Source: an uncultured Elusimicrobia bacterium
GTDB lineage: Bacteria; Elusimicrobiota; Elusimicrobia; 2-01-FULL-59-12
Assembly (NCBI GenBank): GCA_963702895.1
Contig: OY969767.1
Span: 2,048,001 to 2,112,000 of the forward strand
Length of the DNA: 64,000 nt
Direction of reading: 5' to 3'
The notes under the pieces were generated by a model. That model had not been told where the DNA came from and made no database searches. It saw only the letters and a list, made by a program, of their open reading frames with translations. Shown here piece by piece: positions 16,098-25,000 of the stretch. How positions within the stretch are numbered: position 1 is the first letter of the stretch; the number at the start of each line of letters is the position of its first letter. Both the position numbers and the translations under genes were made by a program.

Positions 16098-19000
16098 GGC
16101 GCGGTCGCCGTCACCGTCAGAATCATTTGCTGCTGATTGGTCGTGCTCGTGGTCGGAGGCGTATCCAGGCGAAGCCAAAGATTGCGGCTAGCGCTCACAG
16201 GAACAGACACGCCTGTCTGGTTGGCTCCGTAAATGCCCGGCGTCGATGCGGTCGGAGTGCTGATGATGATGTCGGTCGAAGAAAAGATATCGCTCAGAGG
16301 CTGGACCGAATTGAACTTACCGAACATGGCAAAGGTGTTGCGCGACGTGGGGAGAGCAGTCCCTACCCCCCACACCGTTGTCGGGCCTGAGGTTGTAATC
16401 GAAAGGGAAAATGTCTCTGCGACATTGCCCGTATTGGTGACGGCGATGGCAGATCCTGAGACGACGGTGCTGGCGACAGGAACGGAACCAAAGTCATAAC
16501 TCGAGGGGGACAAGCTCAGCGACAGGATAACGAAGGTCCAATTGGTGTTATTTTCAGAATCGATGGAATCGGGCCCCGCGGCGATCACGACACCCGCGCT
16601 CGCGCTGGAATAAGCGACATCGACATACGATACCGTATTTGTGGACGTGTTGTTCAAATACCACATTTGGTCCGGAGGCGTCGGCCGGATCCACACGGTG
16701 TTGCCACTCGACCCCCTCAGGACGAGATTGGCAATCGTAAACGTGGAATGGGCGTTGAAGTAGACCGTCGTCGCGCTGGCCAGGCCGGCGCCATCGACGG
16801 TAAGTTTGGTGGCGGTGAAGCTCGAAGCAAACGTCACGCCGCCGCTGGAGGTGTTCGAATCAATTAAGACCCAGAAGGGCAGGCCGGCATTCGTGATGGT
16901 TTGGGCCGAGGAGCCCGTCAGGGCCACGGTGCTCCGGTTGACCGTAAAGGCCCCGCTGTTGAGCTGCATGTCGCCGCCCAAATCCACCCGGTAGGAATTG
17001 GCGTTGGTGTTCATGGTCCCACCGCTAATGATGAAATCACCGTCAATCGCGATATCGGAACCCAGCGTCCACACCATACTTCCCCCCAAGGTGAGGTTCC
17101 CCACAATGGGAGAGGTAAAGGTCGTGCAGGTCTTGGCGCCGCTGCCGCTAAAGGTCAGGTTGTAGTATTGGGCGTTCTTGCAGGTTTGCGCGCCCGCCAA
17201 GGCGTAGTTCACCGTGTTGGAACTCGACACAAAGTCGACGGTGGTGACGGCCATGGCGTTGGTCGTGGCGCCGCTGGCGTTTAGGACAGAATCCAACCCT
17301 TGCGTCCAAGACCCGCCGCCGGTCAAGGTGCTCGAGGCGTTGACCGTGCCGTTGTTCGTGACTGACCCTGTCACGGTGAAGACGCCCGGGGTGGTGAGCG
17401 TCCCGTTGTTGGTCAAGGTCATGCCGGCTGCTACGGTGAGCGTCGTGATGCTCATGGTACCGCTGAGCGCTTGATTGTTGGTGTTGAAGGTGGCCGTACC
17501 AGTGATGGCGATGCTTCCGGAAGTCCGGGTGAGGCCGCCTCGAAACACGATCCCGGTGCTGGCGCCGCTGAGCGTTCCGCCGCTCACCGTGACCAGTCCC
17601 GCGAAGAGTTTTGAGCCTGTGTCGCTGGTGAGCGATACCGTTCCCCCTGAGAGCGTCGAAGCCCCTGTCACCCAGAACTGAAACGCGCCGGTGGTGAGCG
17701 TGCCGCCGGAAGCAAGAATCCCGCCATTGACCGTTACGGATGAGCCCAGCGTCCAGGCGGCGGTCCCGCCCATTTCGATATTCCCTAAGATCGGAGACGT
17801 AAAGGTGGTGCAAGTCTTGACGCCGCTGCCTCCGAAGGCGAGGTTGTAGTACTGGATATTCCTGCAGGTCTGGATGCCGGCGAAATTGTAGCGGACGGTG
17901 TTGCCACTGGCATTCGCTGTCAGCGTCGTGATTCCGGGCGTGCCGGTGAAGTTGAGGTTGAGCGTGCCGCCGGCGGCGTTGGTGAACCCACCTGTTCCGT
18001 TGAGCGCGGTGTTGACCGTAATCGTGCCTTGGTTGGTGAGCGTGGTTCCCGTAATCGTCAAGGTGGCCAGGTTGAGACTGGCGGTGTTGGTGTAGGCGGT
18101 GGTGAACGTGGGGCTGCCAAAGTCTGTGGCGCCCGCTGTGCCGCTGATGGTGCCCCCACCCACCTTGGCAAAGGCCGGCAGGAACGTCGTGGCGGCAGCG
18201 CCGGAGGTCGTACCGTTCATCACCAGATTTCCGTTGATATTGACCGTTTCAGCCGCTGTCACATTGAAATCACCATCCACGGTGAGTGTGTCGTTAAAGG
18301 TCTTGGAGCCGGTCGTGCTGGGAATCTGAAGCGTCCCGCCAGCATCCACTTGAACATCCACAAATATGGAAGTGCCTGTATCCGTGTTGAGTATTCCACC
18401 GTTTCCGATCGTCACGGTCTTATTAAACGTCTTGTTGCCCGTCGCGTTGGTGAGCGTCAAGGTCCCGTAGACATCGACGCTGCCGTTGGCGGTAAAGTCG
18501 AATCCGGCCGTGGTCAGTGTGCTGCCGCTGCGAACCGTAAGACTGGAGATCGTCACAGCCGCCGTGGGGACAGGCATGAAGGTGGCCGTGGACACGATCA
18601 ACACGGAATCCTGGGACGTGGGATACCCCTCATCCCAGTTGGACCAGTTCCACCAGTTGGTGTCGACAGCTCCCCACCAGGTCCGGATTTGTCCGGTGAG
18701 AAAACTCCAAAAGAAATTGTTCCCTGAATTGACGCTCGTGCCGTCATTGGCCACGATCGCTCTTCCCGAACGAGCGTCGGAATCCCGCACGTCCACATAC
18801 ACCCCGGAACTCGTCCCCGTATTGTTCAAATACCAGTTGGTGTCATCGATCGTAGACCTCAGCCAGATCTTTTTGCCGCTGGCACCTACCAGAGACAGGG
18901 TCGTGATGGTAAAAGTTGAATTGGCATTGAAGTAGACCGTCGTTTCGTTCGCCAAGTCGGCGCGGTTGATCATGAGCTTGGTGGCGGTGAAGCTCGAAGC

Positions 19001-22000
19001 AAACGTCACACCGCCGCTGGAGGTGTTCGAATCAATCAAGACCCAGAAGGGCAGGCCGGCATTCGTGATGGTTTGGGCCGAGGAGCCCGTCAGGGCCACG
19101 GTGCTCCGGTTGACCGTAAAGGCCCCGCTGTTGAGCTGCATGTCGCCGCCCAAATCCACCCGGTAGGAATTGGCGTTGGTGTTCATGGTCCCGCCGCTAA
19201 TCACAAAATCCCCGGAAATCGCGATATCGGAACCCAGCGTCCACACCATACTTCCCCCCAGCGTGAGGTTCCCCACAATGGGAGAGGTAAAGGTCGTGCA
19301 GGTCTTGGCGCCGCTGCCGCTAAAGGTCAGGTTGTAATACTGGGCGTTCTTACAGGTCTGAGCGCCCGCCAAGGCGTAGTTCACGGTGTTGGAGCTCGAC
19401 ACAAAGTCGACGGTCGTGACGGCCATGGCGTTGGTCGTGGCGCCGCTGGCGTTTAGGACAGAATCCAACCCTTGCGTCCAAGACCCGACACCGGTCAAGG
19501 TGCTCGAGGCGTTGACCGTGCCGTTGTTGATGACGGCTCCGGTGACCGTGACCACGCCGCTTGCTGTGAGACTCCCGTTGTTCGTTAGGGTTTTTGTGCC
19601 AGCGATGTTGATCGTGGCCGCCGAGATAACGCCGGCACTGTCATTAACAAAATCCTCGTTGATGGTGAGGGTCCCACCGACCGAGAGCGTTGCGACGCTA
19701 TTGGTATAGGCGGTGGAAAAAGTCGCATTGGTGATCGCAACGCTTGTTGCAGTGCCTGAGAGACTTCCCCCGCCCCCCACTTTGTTGAACGTCCAAAGCC
19801 CGGTATTGGACGTGATGCTGCCAGTCCCGTCCACCTGCAGGTCGCCGCTCACGCTTGTGGGCTCGGCGGCCGTGAAATTCACAAGCCCTCCGTTATTGAC
19901 CGTGATCGTGCCAAAGACAACCGAACCCAGTGTCGTGGTGACCGAGAGCGTGCCACTCACATCGACCGCTCCGAAATTCACAGCGGCGTTGTTGCCCTTG
20001 GTCACGGTGGTCCCATTGCCAACAGTCAGGGTGCCGGAAATGGTGCTGGCGGCACTTAGCGACCAGGACGCGGTCCCGCTTAAGGTAATGTTTTGAACAT
20101 TGTTGGCGCCCCCCACGAGAGCACATGTCTTGGCCCCACTATTGCCCAGCTCGAGCGTGTCATAGTTGGTCAGCCTACAGGTTTGTACTCCGGCGAAATT
20201 GTAGCGGACGGTGTTGCCACTGGCATTCGCTGTCAGCGTCGTGATTCCGGGCGTGCCGGTGAAGTTGAGGTTGAGCGTGCCGCCGGCGGCGTTGGTGAAG
20301 CCGCCGGTCCCGCTGAGCGCGGTGTTCACCGTGACGGTCCCTTGGTTGGTGAGGGTCGTCCCCGTGATCGTCAAGGTCGCCAGGTTGAGACTGGCGGTGT
20401 TGGTGTAGGCGGTGGTGAACGTGGGGCTGCCAAAGTCTGTGGCGCCCGCTGTGCCGCTGATGGTGCCCCCACCCACCTTGGCAAAGGCCGGCAGGAACGT
20501 CGTGGCGGCAGCGCCGGAGGTCGTACCGTTCATCACCAGATTTCCGTTGATATTGACCGTTTCAGCCGCTGTCACATTGAAATCACCATCCACGGTGAGT
20601 GTGTCGTTAAAGGTCTTGGAGCCGGTCGTGCTGGGAATCTGAAGCGTCCCGCCAGCATCCACTTGAACATCCACAAATATGGAAGTGCCTGTATCCGTGT
20701 TGAGTATTCCACCGTTTCCGATCGTCACGGTCTTATTAAACGTCTTGTTGCCCGTCGCGTTGGTGAGCGTCAAGGTCCCGTAGACATCGACGCTGCCGTT
20801 GGCGGTAAAGTCGAATCCGGCCGTGGTCAGTGTGCTGCCGCTGCGAACCGTAAGACTGGAGATCGTCACAGCCGCCGTGGGGACAGGCATGAAGGTGGCC
20901 GTGGACACGATCAACACGGAATCCTGGGACGTGGGATACCCCTCATCCCAGTTGGACCAGTTCCACCAGTTGGTGTCGACAGCTCCCCACCAGGTCCGGA
21001 TTTGTCCGGTGAGAAAACTCCAAAAGAAATTGTTCCCTGAATTGACGCTCGTGCCGTCATTGGCCACGATCGCTCTTCCCGAACGAGCGTCGGAATCCCG
21101 CACGTCCACATACACCCCGGAACTCGTCCCCGTATTGTTCAAATACCAGTTGGTGTCATCGATCGTAGACCTCAGCCAGATCTTTTTGCCGCTGGCACCT
21201 ACCAGAGACAGGGTCGTGATGGTAAAAGTTGAATTCGCATTAAAGTAGACCGTCGTTTCGTTCGCCAAGTCGGCGCGGTTGATCATGAGTTTGGTGGCGG
21301 TGAAGCTCGAAGCAAACGTCACACCGCCGCTGGAGGTGTTCGAATCAATCAAGACCCAGAAGGGCAGGCCGGCATTCGTGATGGTTTGGGCCGAGGAGCC
21401 CGTCAGGGCCACGGTGCTCCGGTTGACCGTAAAGGCCCCGCTGTTGAGCTGCATGTCGCCGCCCAAATCCACCCGGTAGGAATTGGCGTTGGTGTTCATG
21501 GTCCCGCCGCTAATCACAAAATCCCCGGAAATCGCGATATCGGAACCCAGCGTCCACACCATACTTCCCCCCAAGGTGAGGTTCCCCACAATGGGAGAGG
21601 TAAAGGTCGTGCAGGTCTTGGCGCCGCTGCCGCTAAAGGTCAGGTTGTAGTATTGGGCGTTCTTGCAGGTTTGCGCGCCCGCCAAGGCGTAGTTCACCGT
21701 GTTGGAACTCGACACAAAGTCGACGGTGGTGACGGCCATGGCGTTGGTCGTGGCGCCGCTGGCGTTTAGGACAGAATCCAACCCTTGCGTCCAAGACCCG
21801 CCGCCGGTCAAGGTGCTCGAGGCGTTGACCGTGCCGTTGTTCGTGACTGACCCTGTCACGGTGAAGACGCCCGGGGTGGTGAGCGTCCCGTTGTTGGTCA
21901 AGGTCATGCCGGCTGCTACGGTGAGCGTCGTGATGCTCATGGTACCGCTGAGCGCTTGATTGTTGGTGTTGAAGGTGGCCGTACCAGTGATGGCGATGCT

Positions 22001-25000
22001 TCCGGAAGTCCGGGTGAGGCCGCCTCGAAACACGATCCCGGTGCTGGCGCCGCTGAGCGTTCCGCCGCTCACCGTGACCAGTCCCGCGAAGAGTTTTGAG
22101 CCTGTGTCGCTGGTGAGCGATACCGTTCCCCCTGAGAGCGTCGAAGCCCCTGTCACCCAGAACTGAAACGCGCCGGTGGTGAGCGTGCCGCCGGAAGCAA
22201 GAATCCCGCCATTGACCGTTACGGATGAGCCCAGCGTCCAGGCGGCGGTCCCGCCCATTTCGATATTCCCTAAGATCGGAGACGTAAAGGTGGTGCAAGT
22301 CTTGACGCCGCTGCCTCCGAAGGCGAGGTTGTAGTACTGGATATTCCTGCAGGTCTGGATGCCGGCGAAATTGTAGCGGACGGTGTTGCCACTGGCATTC
22401 GCTGTCAGCGTCGTGATTCCGGGCGTGCCGGTGAAGTTGAGGTTGAGCGTGCCGCCGGCGGCGTTGGTGAACCCACCTGTTCCGTTGAGCGCGGTGTTGA
22501 CCGTAATCGTGCCTTGGTTGGTGAGCGTGGTTCCCGTAATCGTCAAGGTGGCCAGGTTGAGACTGGCGGTGTTCGTGTAGGCGGTGGTGAACGTGGGGCT
22601 GCCAAAGTCTGTGGCGCCCGCTGTGCCGCTGATGGTGCCCCCACCCACCTTGGCAAAGGCCGGCAGGAACGTCGTGTCGGCAGCGCCGGAGGTCGTGCCG
22701 TTCATCACCAGATCAGCATTGATCGCGACCGTTTCAGCCGCCGTCACATTCAAGTCGCCATCCACGGTGAGTGTGCCGTTAAAGGTCTTGGAGCCGGTGG
22801 TGTTGGAGATTCGCAGCACTCCGCCGCTATTGACCGTAACCGCATCATTAAAAACAACGGTGCCGGTGTCGGTGTTGAGTATTCCACCGTTTCCGACCGT
22901 CACGGTCCCATTAAACGTTTTGTTGCCCGTCGCGTTGGTGAGGGTCAAGGTCCCCGAAAGAGACGTGGGACCGTAGACCGTGAAATTGTACCCTGCAGTG
23001 GTTAATGATCCCGTGATCGTAAGGCCGGCCATGGAGAGGTGGCTGGTCGGCACGGGCATCACCAAGGCCGTTGACACAATCAGCACGTAATCATCCGTAC
23101 TGGGAACACCCGATTCCCAGTTCGAAGGGTTCCACCAATTGGTATCGACCGTCCCCCACCAGGTTCGTGTTTGCCCCCCGCTACCGAAATACCAGTTATA
23201 GTTGTTCCCTGAATTCTGGCTGCCTCCGTCATTGGCTTGTATGATAGACCCGGCGCGGGCATCGGAGTCCCGCACGTCGACATACGTGATGGAATTCGTC
23301 CCCGTATTATTCAAATACCAGTTGGTGTCATCGACTGTAGACCGGAGCCATATCTTTTTGCCGCTGGCGCCTGCCAGAGACAGGGTCGTGATGGTAAAAG
23401 TTGAATTCGCATTAAAGTAGACCGTCGTTTCGTTCGCCAAGTCGGCGCGGTTGATCATGAGTTTGGTGGCGGTGAAGCTCGAAGCAAACGTCACACCGCC
23501 GCTGGAGGTGTTCGAATCAATCAAGACCCAGAAGGGCAGGCCGGCATTCGTGATGGTTTGGGCCGAGGAGCCCGTCAGGGCCACGGTACTCCGGTTGACC
23601 GTAAAGGCCCCGCTGTTGAGCTGCATGTCGCCGCCCAAATCCACCCGGTAGGAATTGGCGTTGGTGTTCATGGTCCCACCGCTAATGATGAAATCACCGT
23701 CAATCGCGATATCGGAACCCAGCGTCCACACCATACTTCCCCCCAGCGTGAGGTTCCCCACAATGGGAGAGGTAAAGGTGGTGCAGGTCTTAGTACCGCT
23801 GCCAGTCATACGGAGGTTGTAATATTGAGCGTTCTTGCACGTTTGGTTGCCGCCCAGGGCATAGTTCACCGTGTTGGAACTGGCGGAGAAATTGACGGTG
23901 GTCACCGCCATGGCGTTGGTCGTGGCGCCGCTGGCGTTCAGGACAGAATCCAACCCTTGCGTCCAAGACCCGCCGCCGGTCAAGGTGCTCGAGGCGTTGA
24001 CCGTGCCGTTGTTCGTCACAGACCCCGTCACCGTGAAGACGCCCGGGGTCGTGAGCGTCCCGTTGTTGGTGAGCGTGATGCCGGCTGCTACGGTGAGCGT
24101 CGTGATGCTCATGGTACCGCTGAGCGCTTGGTTGTTCGTGTTGAAGGTGGCCGTACCAGTGATGGCGACGCTTCCGGAAGTCCGGGTGAGGCCGCCGCGA
24201 AAGACGATCAGGGCGCTGGCGCCGCTCAGCGTCCCTCCACTCACTGTAACCAAGCCGACCATGACTTTCGACCCTGTGTCGCTGGTGAGCGATACCGTTC
24301 CCCCTGAGAGTGTCGAAGCCCCTGTCACCCAGAACTGAAACGCGCCGGTGGTGAGCGTGCCGCCGGAGGCAAGAATCCCGCCATTGACCGTCACCGAAGA
24401 AGCTAAGGTCCAGGCGGCGGTCCCTCCCATTTCGATATTCCCTAAGATCGGTGAGGTAAAGGTGGTGCAGGTCTTAGTACCGCTGCCAGTCATACGGAGG
24501 TTGTAATATTGAGCGTTCTTGCACGTTTGGTTGCCGCCCAGGGCATAGTTCACCGTGTTGGAACTGGCGGAGAAATTGACGGTGGTCACCGCCATGGCGT
24601 TGGTCGTGGCGCCGCTGGCGTTCAGGACAGAATCCAACCCTTGCGTCCAAGACCCGCCGCCGGTCAAGGTGCTCGAGGTGTTGACCGTGCCGTTGTTCGT
24701 CACAGACCCCGTCACCGTGAAGACGCCCGGGGTCGTGAGCGTCCCGTTGTTGGTGAGCGTGATGCCGGCTGCTACGGTGAGCGTCGTGATGCTCATGGTA
24801 CCGCTGAGCGCTTGGTTGTTCGTGTTGAAGGTCGCCGTGCCGGTGATCGACACGCTCCCCGAAGTCCGGGTGAGGCCGCCCCGAAAGACGATCGCTGTGC
24901 TGGCGCCGCTCAATGTGCCGCCGCTCACCGTGACCAGTCCCGCGAAGAGTTTTGAGCCTGTGTCGCTGGTGAGCGATACCGTTCCCCCTGAGAGCGTCGA

